A DNA stretch of 64,000 bases, from contig NC_134032.1 of assembly GCF_964204645.1 (NCBI RefSeq), positions 11,024,275 to 11,088,274 on the forward strand, read 5' to 3'. Below are positions 15,001 through 30,000 of the stretch, piece after piece (position 1 is the stretch's first letter; each line of letters begins with the position of its first letter). The notes below the pieces were generated by a model. The model did not search any database. It saw only the letters and a program-made list of their open reading frames with translations, and was not told where the DNA came from. The DNA is from Tubulanus polymorphus. Its lineage: Eukaryota; Animalia; Nemertea. Position numbers and translations under genes: made by a program.

Positions 15001-18000
15001 ACAGCACTGCGTCTTCAAGACTTAAGTTCTAAATTATGACAACCATTTTGTATAAAATTATTCAAAGTTTAGCTACAAGTCTACAAGTAACCGAATCATT
15101 TTTCGTGCCTCCAACGAATGATATTTAATTTTCTGAAGATTTTCTGCTAGTATTTCTTAACTCTAGTATTTGATTGTTTACAGACAACTCCGTTCTATGA
15201 ATTTTTAGGTGAAATACCTACCGCAAAATCGGCCTTTCGGACAAGTATTTCCTGTAACACCATCATTCGGGTCCGATCTGGACGATCCGCTCGCGCAATA
15301 AAACCCGGCATCGCACTTTCCGGTTACGTCGGCTAGTCCCGGCGTCGAGCAGTAACTTCCCTCGCGACAGGCGATCGGTTCACTCGAGCCCAACGGACAG
15401 TAGTAACCCGGTTGACAGATACCGCCGGTTGCTGTGCTCGGACACAGGCAGTCGTTATGCGTGTAATTGTTGTAGTCGGTCGGTTGGTTTGACCAGGCAG
15501 CATGAACGCAGAAATATCCTGAAATAATCAACATGATTCAGTGCGACACTCCCGAGTCGAATCGACTCTAAATAGTTGATATTTGACTCTGTAGTTGAAC
15601 TAATTTCAACTCGAGAGTCATAAGCTGCGATCACAAGAGCACTTTTGGCCAAATTTGAGCACAGGTCAAATTACTGCGTGCGAATTGCACTCTTTAATTT
15701 GGTCCGGGCTAAATCGTCTCCTCCGTGTGATGGCTGTGGCTATATTTAATCAAGAGTGGACTGAGTGGTCCAGTAAAATAGGCTCGATGTGGGTTGGTCA
15801 AGTTTTTGCCGGTAAAGTGTAACAAATCAACTTGAAGGAAGTTGCGTTACCAACAATGTTCGGGCTGGAAATTTGCAAAACCAAGTGGTGGACCTAGAAG
15901 TCGCTTATTTCCTATTCGCGCAACGAGCAATATGCAAGCATGGGAACGCAATTAAAACTCAGTTATCTGAAAGTTCTGAATGTCCTGATTGCATATCACA
16001 AACAGTACAAGAAGTAGATTTTCTCAATACTCGGGAATGAACTTGCCACTAATAAGGCATGCAAGGATTAGGAAATAGAGTAAATAAACGGTTTGTACTT
16101 ACCGGCATCGCATTTCGCGGTTGGTAAAGTTAAACCGGTCGTGCCGCAGTAATATCCGGGCGGACACGGGTAGCAGTCGTCGACCGTCTGTCCGCCGGTG
16201 ACGTTGCGATAGTAACCTTTCGGACACGGGAATTCTGTCGCGTACTTCGTGCCGTTCGGACAGTAGTGCCCAAGCGGGCAGACGGAATTGTAGTCGGTGC
16301 TGTTCGCGAGACAATAACGCCCGCTCGGACACGTGGAACAGACGGCCAGGCCGACCATGTCGCTGTAGGTGCCGGCTTCGCAGTCTAACGGCGTCGCGGT
16401 TCCTTCCGGACAGTATTTGCCCGACGGACACGGTCCACCGATTAGTTTGTCAGTACCTGAAAGAATTAAACCAAGAAAATTGAAAGCAGAGAGTAGATCA
16501 TCAATCATCCCTTGTCCATCGACAACATTTCAAAATCTAATTGTGACTGAAAGCAAAGATTTTTCCACGACACAATCTCAAACAAAAATTCCTAATTCAA
16601 TCTCTGCATTATTTCATAGGAATCGTCTTCACGAACTGATTTCCTTCGATATGGATTGATTGAATTATGATTGTGTATTGCAGGTTGATATAGTGATTTG
16701 AACATTTTTTTGCATCCTCTTAATTGGGTTTTTTTCACATTTTTACCCAACTAAACAACAGGATTTCTCGCATTATTTTGGTATAATTTTTCCCCATATT
16801 TCGTACTTATTCATGATTACATAATATAGAATTTCTTAAACTACCGTATATGGTATAACAAAGGGATAGAAATATTTTGAAACACTTTTTCTGTTTTTCT
16901 CAAAATCCAGGCATTTATTTCGGTTCTAACGAATCTACTTTTTTAAGATTGTGTTTTTTACCTGTAGGATTTGGAACTTTATTTCCGCGTAGACAATAGA
17001 ATCCCGGGTAACATGGCGCCGTCGCGTCGGTCATATTCACGCCGTTACAATACATGCCCAGTTTACACGGGTTACAATCTTCGGCTTTCTTGCCGAGCGG
17101 AATGTCGCGATACGTGCCGTTCGGGCATGATACGGGATCTTCGGTTTGTAGCGGGCAGTAGAATCCGGGCGGACAAGGCCCACCGATTCCGCTAGTCGTT
17201 TCCGGAGTTGGCGTACTGACATTTACACCTAGAAAATTAAGATCATCGATTACAGTCGAGATATTTCTCATCATTTGATTTCGAAGTGGTTGAAACTAAG
17301 CTAAAACCTCCATAGTTGAGACTTAAGACCAAAATCACGGTCGTCAATATCAAGACTGATCTTAGTTTGTTAGATAGGCTATAGAACTGAGTTGGTCTTA
17401 GACCCGACTCAAGTCTCAGCCTGACTATGAAACTGGCCCCTGACGATTCCATACCAGTATATGGAAATAGCTTCAAAAAGTTTTTACATTTTTCAACCAT
17501 TCCTCAATTAAAATTCTCGCCATTATACTCACCAAGTTTACAGTAATAGCCCGCGGCACATTTTCCTGTTCCGGTGTTCGATAAACTGGCGTCGAAACTG
17601 GTCGCTCCGATCTTATAGCAGTAGTATCCACCTTTACATCCGGCACAGTCAGATTCCTGCGTCATACCTGAAAGCCGAATATCGAGTTAACCCTTTCCTA
17701 GCCAGTCCTTTAAATTGCTGGGCTCCGCAATCATTTCGCGGATTAATTCCGATTTATCTTATCCCTATTTTGGTAGATATACTGTCTAGCTCTGAAATTC
17801 ATTGGCTCTTAACCCTTGATGATATTAGTAATTAGCTTTTAATTCCGATTGAAAAATGGCAGCAACTGTCACAGTTAAATATTAGTAACTAACAATACTC
17901 GCAGCATGGTATAGATGCCCTATAGTTGTATGCCTGTTATTCAGAGCACTGGGGACGGAATTTCTTTAAATTTTCTAATTATATCCCCTACTTTTGGGTA

Positions 18001-21000
18001 TCAAGGAGTCAGAACTGAAAGGGCCAAATCAAGTTCAACTGAATTAAAAAGACTTTTAGCTTTTCAGTTTTTTTTTTTCTGGAAAATATCGCACAGCCCT
18101 GCAGCCTACCGAGTTGATCGTTATAAGTTCCACGCGGACACGCCGGCTGACTGGATGTCGTGTTGCCCGGACAATAATGACCTCGCGGGCAGCGTATGTA
18201 ATCGTCGCCGTTGACGCAGTAGTAACCGGGCGGACAGCCGAAACAGCTCGACATGCCGGTCATATTGGTAAACGAGCCCGGTGGACAGCGTATAGAGTTA
18301 CCTGAAAATAATTGCAACACCCGAGTAAAATATCAATGCCTTAAGTAGTGTTATTGCCAACCACAATAGTAGGAGGATCAGGTTGGCGACTGTCAGCTCA
18401 ATTTATAAATCACGTGAGTATTCCCTGATTTTCCATGCGTGTTCCAAAAAGAAAGCATGATAGCATCTATATCAATGTTTAGCAGTACAAATGGATCGTC
18501 AATTACGCAATAGTTTAAACTTTACACTGTCCTCGTCAAAAGCAACGCTAAAAGCTGCATTTGCAGGAAGTTCATTAATCAAGAATCTTACCCGTTCCTT
18601 TCGGACAGTAGTGACCGACGAGACAGGGCCCGCCCGTCTGTCCGCCGTCATTCGGCATCGCCGACTTCGCGCCCGTCCGACAGTAGTACCCGGCGGCGCA
18701 GATACCGTTCGGCGCGAGCAGGGCCGGTTCGCCGCAGAATTCACCGGGATCGCAAGCCGAGCAGTTTTGCTCGGCGACGTTGCCGCTGTAGTTGCTGTAC
18801 GTGCCGTTCGGACACGGATTCAGCGAATAGTCGGCCGTACCCAGCGGACAGTAGTATCCGGGCGGACACAGCGAGTCGGGCGGACGAGACGTCTCACTAC
18901 CGGCTGCAAGAAAATATATTTCAAAAATTTACTTTCACTTTTCCAGAACCCAGCTATAGTACATCTCCATCTTCAGGGTTTATATAACTGTAACTCTTGC
19001 TGAAGTGTTCACTTTTCCTGCAGGCTTATCAGTAACTTATTTGACCATTAATAGCGCCCGTGAATTTTGGTATACAGAGAAATATGTCAGTAACAGATTT
19101 TTATCATTATTACGATTATTATTATTAACTGACTTTCAAATAAACTCTGATTATGGGTGGAAGGAATTCACCCGAAAGTAAGAATAAAATAATAGTTGTT
19201 TAAATCGATATTGTGGGTTTCTCTCAATGATAATCATGTAGACTAGAACTAATCCCAACTATTTTACAAGATTATACTTACTTGGACAGTAATATCCAGC
19301 TGAACAGTCGACGTCCGGTAACGAAAGGCCGACCGATTCACACGCTTTCCCCGCCGTACAGTTATTGCAATGTCCGACTTCCGACGAGCCGGCCTTGTTC
19401 AGATACGTGCCGCGCGGACAGGGCGTTGGCTGGTCGGAACGCGGCGGGCAGTAGTAGCCGTCCGGGCAAATAATCGGTTTAACCGTGCCGGTGATGTTAC
19501 AGTAGTAACCCTGCGGGCAATCGACGCACTTCTCGGCTCGCTTTGTCGACGTGTACGAGCCCGTCGGGCACGGCTCCGGCTTGAAGGCACCAGCCTGCGA
19601 ATAGTGTCCGACCGGCGTTTCGAACTGCGTCGCCACGCTGGCGCCACCTGTGCAGTAATAACCGGCCGAACACTTCTGCGTGGCCTGCGAGCTACTCGAC
19701 CCGGCACAGAAATACCCTGGCTCGCACGGAATACAATCCAACTCCGACTTGGCGCCTTTGCGCGCGCTGTATTTTCCCGGCGAACAAGCTTCCATGTATT
19801 TCGTGCCGACTGGGCAGAAACCGCCTTGCGGGCAGACGCCGCCGGTGGCGCCATCTGGCGGCGCCGACGTGTATGCCTTCTCGCGACAGTAGAAACCGGC
19901 GTCGCACTTTCCGCCGGGTTCGATCAGAGCGATTCCGTCACAATATTCGCCGGCGGGGCACGGCGCGCAGTCCGTGCTGCGGCGGAGGCCGGTCGAGTTG
20001 CTGTATGTACCGAGTGGGCACGGCTGGTAACGCGTGCTGCCGCTGACGCAGAAGTGCCCGCGCGGGCACGGGATCGGGTCGCCAAGACCTTCGCGGTCGC
20101 AATAGAACCCGGATATACACTCCGTACAATCCTGGAACGATTCTCGTGCGCCCGAATTACGGAAAAATCCGACTGAACACGGAAAGCTGTTCTTACCCCC
20201 GGTGCCTTTTGGGCAGTAATATCCATTCGGGCACGGGCCAGCCGGGGCCGTCAAGCCCTCCGGTTCGCAATATTCGCCGGCCGGGCAAACCTGACATTCA
20301 GCGACTTTTTGCAAGCCGTAAAACGCGTTGTACGTACCGTTCGGACACGGCACCGGGTAGGGGTTGACATCGCCGCGCGGGCAGTAGTGACCTTGGCGAC
20401 ACTTGTCGAGGACTAAATCGGGCGCGTGGTCCGTTCCTTCGGGACATTCGACTCCGGCCGGACAAATACGACTGGACCTCATGAACGCGCGAGTCGTCGA
20501 GTTCTGATCGCAGTAATGTCCCGGTTCGCACGGAGAGCAGACGGATGCTCCCGCCGCCGAGAATTTTCCTTTATCGCAAATGATCGGTACGACGTTCGCT
20601 TTACCAGGGCAGTAGTGACCGGCGACGCACGGCAAACACGCAGCGGTGTTTACACCTTTTATATCCGGATTGTACGTTCCGCTGAAAAAAAAGATATCAA
20701 TTTCAATTCACGTGTTTGTTATTTCTACTATATCCTCATAGACAATGTAAAGGGAATAAAAAAATTCCAAAAAAAAGTTTTCACTATTTTTTTTTTCACA
20801 GGTGGCCTCTTTCCACCTATTTCAAAATTCCCTGAGTTCCCCTGATTTCGCATGTGATTACACAAAATTCCCTGAGAAGTGAATCGGCAAGAATTTCTAG
20901 GTTTAATTTTTCATGGAATCACGTACTGATAATGCAACACACGGTAAGTAGAATTATCCGAATTCCCCAAGTTTTCCGGAAAATTGAAGTTTGCCAAATT

Positions 21001-24000
21001 CCCTGATTTTTTCTAGATTATTCTGATTTCGTGAGTTTTCCAGGTTTTCCCAGGTTTTCCAGGTCAGTGGCCACCCTGTAACTGGACCCCCTAATACATC
21101 GCTGCTGACATTTCTTCATACATGTACTTACGCGACACATTTCCTTGGGTTTATCGACGCTTGTGGACAGTAGTTACCGGCGGGACAATCGACGCACTGT
21201 TCCCAGGCGGTGAGACCTTCTTTATTGCTGTAAGACCCCGCGTGACAGGGGCTTTGATTCGCAGACTTCGTTCCTGAAAAATCCGATCGGAAATTCTTTT
21301 TCATCTCAACGAGACAAACTCATTCAGCAAACACAAGTTATCGCTTATCACCAGGAACAAGGTTATCTCTTAACCCTTTCAGTGCTGACTAATCAATCCC
21401 CTATAGTGCTGGAGATAATCTAAAAATTTGGAAGATTCATCCCTAGTGTGTTGAATAACGGGAATACCACTATAGTGCGTCTACACCATGGTGCGGTGTA
21501 TTGTTAGTTACTAATAGTTCACTATGTTTGACACGTGCTGCCATTTTTCAAGAGAGATAATTATTAATTACCAATTACATCAATACACTGCAGTGCAGTG
21601 TACTAAGTGCAGTGTACTAGCAAAATTCCATCACCGATTTATACACCGCACAGCGGTGTAGACACACTAAAAGGGTTAAGATGCAGGAATATATATTAGG
21701 AATATTCCTGAAGATGTCTAATGGGATATACTATTAGGTAGTCAAAACGTTGTATGAACTAATAGCTCAAGGAAACATTTTTAAATTATTTATTTGCTTT
21801 AACTGCGGGATTATATTTCTGAAGATGACTATTACTAGAATAAAGTTGAAACATTGCGTAAAACTACTGCCTCTAGGAAAAATTTTCGGACTTTATATCA
21901 TTTTTTTGTTATCATTGTGGGATTCTATTCCTGAAGATAACTAACAGAATATTGTCGAAAAGTTGCAAAAACCACACAAGCTCGAGGCAACATTCTTTAT
22001 ATCATTTTTGCATTATCATCCTGGGATTTTCTACATAATATGGTCACACAACTGATTATAGTGCTTAATCAATGGTTGGCAGGTTTTCATAAGTAGGTCG
22101 ACTTTATCAAAAATTCATGGCAAAGATTTGAATGTTTCGCTTACCATCGGCGCACCAGTGACCTTTCGGACAAATATCGTCGACTATCGCCGACGCTTGC
22201 GGACAGAAATAACCGCGCGGACAAACGAAACATTCCGACACCTCCATCAAATTCGTTAGATTCGTCCACGAGCCGGCCGGGCACGGGTGCTGCGTCGGGA
22301 AGGCCGTCGACTCCGGGCAATAATGACCGGCGCTACACGCGACCGGCGGTTTCTGCTGTCCGCCCGTGCCCTCTAAACAGGCGACGCGCGGCGGACACTT
22401 CTTGCACTGTTCGACGGCGGTGAGATTGATGAAATTCGTAAACGACCCGGCCGGACAGGCGTACTCGGTCTGATTCGGTCGGTAGTTACCGCCCGGGCAG
22501 TAGTAGCCTTCCATACACGGATAATCCGGTTCGGTCAAGCCGTACTTCGTGCAGGACTTTCCGGCGACGCATGCCACGCAAGCGGCGATGTCTTTCTGGT
22601 TGACCATCGGGTTGTAAGTTCCCGGATGACAAGCGGTCGGCGACGCCGTTCCGCTTTTACAGTAATAACCAGCCGGACACGGTTTACATAACTCCTCCCT
22701 GGTGGCGCCACGTTCCTCGGTGTACGTTCCCGCCTTACACGGAATCGCAGATCCTAGGATAAGAAAAGAAATTTTTAAAAATCGAAATCTTAAATAGCGC
22801 AAAATCATGTACTCAAAATTATTTTTTACCAGTTCCTTGTGGGCAGTAATGACCCAATGGACATATCAGAGCATCGGCAAATGGGTTGCCAGTTCCTTTG
22901 GAGCAAGCAAAACCTGGCGGGCATGGCAAACATGCCGATGACGACGACTGCTTCAACAAGGAATTATACGTGCCCGCCGGGCACGGAGATTTCTGGTACC
23001 AACTTCCAGCCTCGCAGTAGTACCCACGGTGACATACCAGCGACGGGGTTCCGGCCGTGCCTTCCCGGCAATAAAACCCTACCGGAGAAAAATAGTTCAT
23101 AAGTTTATTAAAAATTTGTGTTCGGTGAAAATATGTTTTTCATTCAAAAACGAAGTTAGTCACCTTGTGGACAAGTTTGACACGCGTCGTTCTCAGAAAT
23201 TCCGCCGACCTTCGTGCCGTATTTGCCTTTCGGACATTTCGTAATGTCTTTACCGTTGTCGCAGTACGACCCTAGTGGGCAGACGTCACCGGGTGGCGTA
23301 GCGGTTGTACTCCTCTCCGAACAGGCGTAGCCTTTAGAGCAGTCCGTACAATCCATCGACCCAGCAGCACTGGAAATTAAATGAATGAACTCCATAATCG
23401 ATTAGATTGGATAAGTGTTCTTTCTTTTTTTTCTTGACCCTTGTGTGTTGTAAACATTGCATTGCTTATTTCGAATTGAATTGTTCATCTTTTAAATGGA
23501 ATCCCGCATTATTGGTACAACCTTTAGACTTGGGGACATCCTATCAATTATGCCAAGACGTATTGGCAATTCTATGATTGAATACAGATCTTCAACATAC
23601 ACAGGACTGCCGACCACCGAAAATGCTATCAGTAACAAGCTGAATTCTTTTCAGTAACATTTCATTGAAATACAAAAAGAGCTCATTCCCGTGATAAAGC
23701 TACTATACATTAGTGGCGAAAGCTCGTGCGTCAAACCTATAGTTAAGCTCTCTAGTACTACTCATCTATATTCTAAGCCCGGTTTACATGGCTACTCTAC
23801 GAATATTGAAATATGAAAGAAATCAATCAGTAATCAATGGTAAGACCTTCACAAACATCTTTCATATTTCTATATGCATCAAAAATATCAAAAAGAATAT
23901 CTCTCAAGACAGTTACAAAATACTGAAAATCAGGAACAGTTGGCAGCTCCGTATAAATTGATCAATAAATGACCATAATCATTGTAAATCATAGATTGGT

Positions 24001-27000
24001 AAACGATTGATGGTAAATTATCAAAATTTCATCTACGCAATCAATACCTGTATTTCCCTAATCCGCATGCTACCGGGTCCACGTTCTTCTTGGCGCATTT
24101 ATACCCCGCCGGACAAGTGAAACACTTCGTCTGCCCATCCAGACTATAGGTACCGTCCGGGCAGACGGTACCCGTTACGTTCGTCAACGGGCATTCCGAG
24201 CCAGCCGGACATTTCGTACACTTGCTCGCTGCGCCCACCGAAAACGTGCCCGACGGACACATGATCTGTATGGCCGCGTACGACGTCGGGCAGGAAAACC
24301 CGGCCGCGCAATCCGTACAACTCGCCTGTTTACCGGCGCTGAACGTTCCGAGCGTACAAAAAATCCTAGTAGCGGCCGTCGTGCTCGGGCACGCGTAGCC
24401 CGGCGGGCACGTCGTACATGAACTTTGCCCGCCGATCGAGTACGTGCCCGCGACGCACGTAACCATCGTATCGGAACTCGGACTAGGGCAAGCTTTACCC
24501 GGCGGGCACGGCGTACACGACGAGCTATTCGCCAGCGCATACGTGCCCGGCGCGCATTGCGTGTTTCCGGTGCCGTCAGCGTTCGTACACTGCCAGCCAG
24601 CCTCGCATAGTCTGCACTCGCTGTACCCGGCTAACGAATACGTGCCGGACGGACACGGCGTTACCGTAGCGACGGTCGTCGAAGGACAATAGAATCCGGC
24701 CGGGCAAACGGTACACGTCGACTGACTCCCGGTTGAATACGTTCCTAGAAAATAACCAATAAATAATATAGAATTAACGAATTACAAAATCTACAAGAGC
24801 TGCCAAATGAAGATTACTGAGATTTCTTTTTCAAACAACACAAAAATTCGATGAGATTTATAGCGATTTCAGAAAATCGATGAAATTACGCTGAATGAAA
24901 CATTAGGAAGACTAGAAACAGGGGCCAGCTGACAGTTCAAGAGTGGTCTTAAATCTAAAGACTGGTCTTAAATTGTTAGATTGGCTATAGAACAAAGTTG
25001 GTCTTAGACTGGTCGTAAGTCTAAACATAGACTATGCAACCGGCCCCAGGGCTCAAAAGATCCGTACGGTTGGCTCCCGATGGAAAACTGCAAAAGATTT
25101 TACCTAAAATATCAATTAATTGCTGTTTGGCACAATAAAATGGTAGATTTGCAGCCAGTCCCAGGGTTCTCAAGTTGAAATTGGATATTCCAGGGTTAAG
25201 TCAATATAATTTTAGCCCCTAGAATAAGGTGTTCTGAGATTGTTAGACTGGGTCTTGCAATAGTTGAAACATCTCAGGGAATTTAACTCCTTACCTGATA
25301 AACAGGATTTCATGTCGGTATTAGTGTTCGTAGATGGACAGGCGAAACCGGCCGAACAGGCTGTACACGCCACCTGACCGCCGACCGAGAACGTACCGGG
25401 AACGCACGCGCTCGGAGCGCTGGACGGAGTAGAACAGGCGTAACTCGGAGGACAACGCGTGCACGACGTCGCTCGAGCCGGACTGTAGTCGCCAGTCGTA
25501 CAAGCAGACGGAGCATTGCTATCAACGAAAATAACGTATCGATGAAAATAACAAACAGGCGGAATATTGATGTATTAAACGAAAATAACAGTCAAATGGT
25601 TAAAACTGTACCAAATAACTCCATAACATGCGTAGCTTAGAATATCTTACCTTGGATTCGGACAGGCCGAGCCGGCTGGACAATCTTGACAAGACGTTTG
25701 CTTTTGAAGGCCGTTCGTATGTTGCCCGATCTGACAGGCGATCGGGCCCATATTCGGAAACGGGCACATCGCCCCTGATGGGCACGCGGTACAACTCAAT
25801 TCGCCGGCTAGGCTGTATTCGCCAGATGGGCACGGTATCTTTGGGTTCGTCGGATTGCCGGCAACGTCGCATTTATACCCAGCCGGGCAAATCAAACAAC
25901 TACCTCCACCCTGAAATTTTGCGAAACAAATTTTGAGAATATTTCTGAGAATTATAAGCGAGAATTACAAAATTCTTCGAAATTTGTCTCAAATGGCTTA
26001 CCCGAGCCGAGTAATATCCGTTCGCGCATGTGACGGCCGCTTTCGAGGGGTCTAAACACGAACTACCGGCCGGACAGGGTGAGCAGGACGTCTGACCGGC
26101 GGTTGAATAAGTCCCAGACGTGCAGACGACAGGCGCTACGCTCGGATCGTTACACGAGAATCCAGCCGGGCACAGCGTACAACTTACTACCTGTTACCGT
26201 TCCAAAATATAAAATTCTGATATAGATCCTGTTATAAAATCCTGGATGGTTGAATTCATGATCCTACATTAGCGGCCACAGTGCCTTGATTATAATTTAA
26301 GCCCTAGGACGCACTGTCCCTCGTTTTATGTACGTATAAGCTCTATGAATCCTTATAATATAAATTATTAATCTTTGTAACGACATAATGATGAAAATAA
26401 AATCATCATTCTTATCCTTACAACACGGACAAAGGATTTCGTCGATAATCTGTGAACTGGGCTGGACGAAATTTTTCGAAATCGAAAATCAGTTCTTAAT
26501 ATTTTACCTTTCCGCCTAAACTGTATTGTCCGGTGGGACAGGTGGTCAGCGATGCCGGGTCGTTGCAGTGTTTTCCAGCCGGACACAAACTACAACTCGC
26601 CGCGGTGCTCGAACTGTACGTTCCTACACAGAAACAAAGAAGATAACATCGTAAAAAGGCTGCCATAAACATCATCCGGTCCGAGTTCTTAGTTTTTAAA
26701 TGTACCTTTAGGGTTGAATAAGCGAGTATTTGACCGATAACTGAGAAGCAATTTGATCATTCAAAACAAGACCCTGGACCCAATTCCAGAGTAATCATTT
26801 AAAAATTTGACACGAAAAAGAAATAATTTGAGTTGAACAAAGGACTACCAGGTCTATGTGGCTCAAGTTGAAACCAGTCTAAAAACACGTGGCTTTTATA
26901 GACATGAAACCATTCTTCATTTTGAAAAAACATAGAACTCATACCTGAATCGCAAGCAGTACAGGTCGACTGTCCCTGTTGGCTGTACGTCCCAGCCGAA

Positions 27001-30000
27001 CAATCAGCAGGACTCGAGCCTTGAATACATTCTTGTCCGGCCGGACAAATCGAGCAAGTCGTCGCCGAACCGGTGCTGTAAAATCCATCCTGACACGACT
27101 GAAATTCGTCAAAAATAATAATATGAAAAATTTTCATCCGTATTTTGAAGACCGCTTTGAAGTAGGGTCCCAATATTCAACCCCAGTGGCCAGTTCATGG
27201 GTTAGATTTAAAACGAAGTTAAGACAATCTAACAACCTAAGATCTTAAGATTTAAGACCACTTTTAGACTAAAGTCTCGACTACGGAACCGGGCCGAGGG
27301 TTCTAGGCTCAGTTTGAATGTCTAAAGTTTCAAACGGGGAACAGATCGAGAATGATCATTGGAAACGAAACTTACCGAGCAATCCGTCTGCCCCAACAGA
27401 CTATACGTGCCAGGCGAGCAGGCGGCCGGCGTCGTCGATACGTCCGAGCACGATTTACCCGTCGGGCAACTCGCGCAAGACGTCTGCCCGGGTTGATCTT
27501 GATACGTGCCCGTGGCGCAGGTGACCGGCTGAAGAAGCGGGTTCGGGCAGGCGGAGCCCGTCGGACAATCTACGCAACTCGAACCGTTCGAGTACTGACC
27601 AGCCTGAAATAATTCATGTTGAATTCACGATTCTATATTTACTGCATATTCATTTGACATATCATTTGATTTTAGACTGAAGAAGGCGGTTTAGGAATCA
27701 ACCAAAATATTTCTAGTATTTTAGAAAGACCTTTTAGTCTTTGAACAATTGTAGGATTTTACATTTATCAATTCACGTCAAAGTATTTACTTCGATTCTA
27801 TCAAATAAAGGTCCAAGTTTTACACAAAGATATTCGAATCAAAACGTTTGAGAAAGCCAATCCAATGGATTCCTTAGATTCTGGATTTAACCGATGGTTT
27901 AAAACCGACAGTTCTACAACTACAGTGGGTTGAAATGAACACGATATTGGTGTCGAAGTTACTCTAGGTCTACTACAATGATACACCACCAAATTCAAAA
28001 TCCATATTCCAAATCGTTGGGTTAGATCTGAAAGTTGTTCTTTTGTTTTAGTAAAAGGTTGAATACTTACAGTACAAAGGGCAGGTTGATTGGCTCCTCC
28101 GCAGCTAGTTCCAGGAGGGCAGGCCGTGCAGATGGTTGCTCCGGTTTCTGAATACTGTAACCAATGAGAACATTTTTTTCAAGCAATGAAAAAACTGGGA
28201 TAAATTCTTCTTTTTGATACACATCAAATTTGGCCCTTCATGCCGTATACACTTTTATTAAGTAGGAACTGGTTGATAAAACCGGCCTCCCCCAAAGTTA
28301 TCGATATATACCTCTCCAGTTGCGCAAGCGACAGGCTCCGCGGTGCTATCCGGACATTTCGATCCAGCTGGGCACTGCGTACAGGTCACTGCGCCCGTGC
28401 CCGTAAAGTAATATCCCGGAGCGCACTGAAATACAAAACATTTTTAAATTAACAATACAATTCTTTGAGAAATAAATCCCATCTCGTAATACAACAGACC
28501 TCAGCAATACAACAAGTTTGGATGATTTAGGTGCATCTTAAAGTTAAGGTTAAGTGATTATATTTCGTCAAGTTGCAATGCATTTTCATTCATTAGTTCG
28601 TTAAAGCATAAGTGGCAATAGTTACGTTTATGCAAGCAGATTTGCCCAGCTCGGGCTGGTATTGGCCCGCACCGCACAGCTGGGGCGTCGATTTCGAATC
28701 GGAGCAGCTAGAACCCCGTGGACACTCGGTACACTTATCAGAAGCTGGGTCCGTATTATAAAACCCAGCTGGGCACTGAAAATAAGACATTTTACGGCAC
28801 ATGAGTTAGTTATATTACCCTGAGATGTTAAGTTGTGAGTTTTTGATTCACTCATGTTAGTCGAATTTAAATCACTCAAAAGTGACGGAAAATATTTACG
28901 TTACGTTAACTAATTTTCCTTTTAGACGTATCAGGGTCATTTCATGATATAATAAGGAATTTTCAAGGAGAAATTTCAAATTTCAAACATCACATTCATC
29001 CCAACTACTGTGGACTCCTCCTAAATTGGTGCTGTTTATCTCAGTAAACTAGTAATTCAGTGGTTTTGTAAGCAAATTTTTACCCTTTATACTGGTTCAG
29101 TTTCTAATTCAGTAACCACCTAATTGCGTAGAGAATTGATTTAGGGGTAGTCTTCTGTACAACTACATACATTTCTAATAGCCTATTTCTCAAAATTGAA
29201 GGAGTTCTGGGTATTTCGCTGCATTTTTCAGTTTAAAAGCAGTTTTTAAGGAATCAAGGAGTCGTGGGGACCCTGTGTATTTCTGGACAGGCAGATTTAT
29301 TTTGATATAGTACGCATATTTTCAAGCATTCCAAAGACAGAAATATTTTGCAGGAAAATGAAGACACAGATTACAGTTACCATAATAGATAAAATAGTTA
29401 GTTACATTTAAGCAGTTAGTTTTTCCGGTGCTGGGTTGGTATTCGCCGCGCGCGCACGGCACGGACGCGGCTTTAGGATCTGCGCAACGATACCCGACTG
29501 GGCACACCGTACACGAACCGGTGCCCGTACTGGTTTTGAAATACCCGGCAGGGCACTAGAATAAAATGAAAACTAAAATCATATTTTGCAAACACATTTT
29601 AAAGATAATTTCAGAGATCATGGAATCAATGATTAGATAGTTACGCTGATGCAAGCAGGCTGCCCAGTACTGGGTTGGTATTCACCAGGGCCGCACGGTT
29701 GGGGCGCTAACGTTGGATCCGCGCAACTCGAGCCCACCAGACACTCCGTACAGTTATCAGCTGCAGGATTAGTATTGTAAAACCCGGCTGCACACTGAAA
29801 TTAAGCCACACGATTAATCGTTAGATTGTTCAGCCTTGCGGTAGAAAATAATTTTGCCGAAGTTAGGAAGCAGTCATTGCAAGTTTAAATTCTAGCATTA
29901 AAGTTAGTTAATATTTAGACGTGACGTCATTTTAGACAGCTATATCGATGACAAATATAGCACGCATATTTACATGTTTTTTTATTAGTGAAAAGATGAA

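Noticed and set aside
3392-27612. Many Arg/Ala-rich ORFs on the plus strand and in alternative frames (e.g. 19370..20176, 268 aa)
   Set aside because: They are shadows of GC-rich Cys/Gly/Pro coding exons and end at the exon boundaries.
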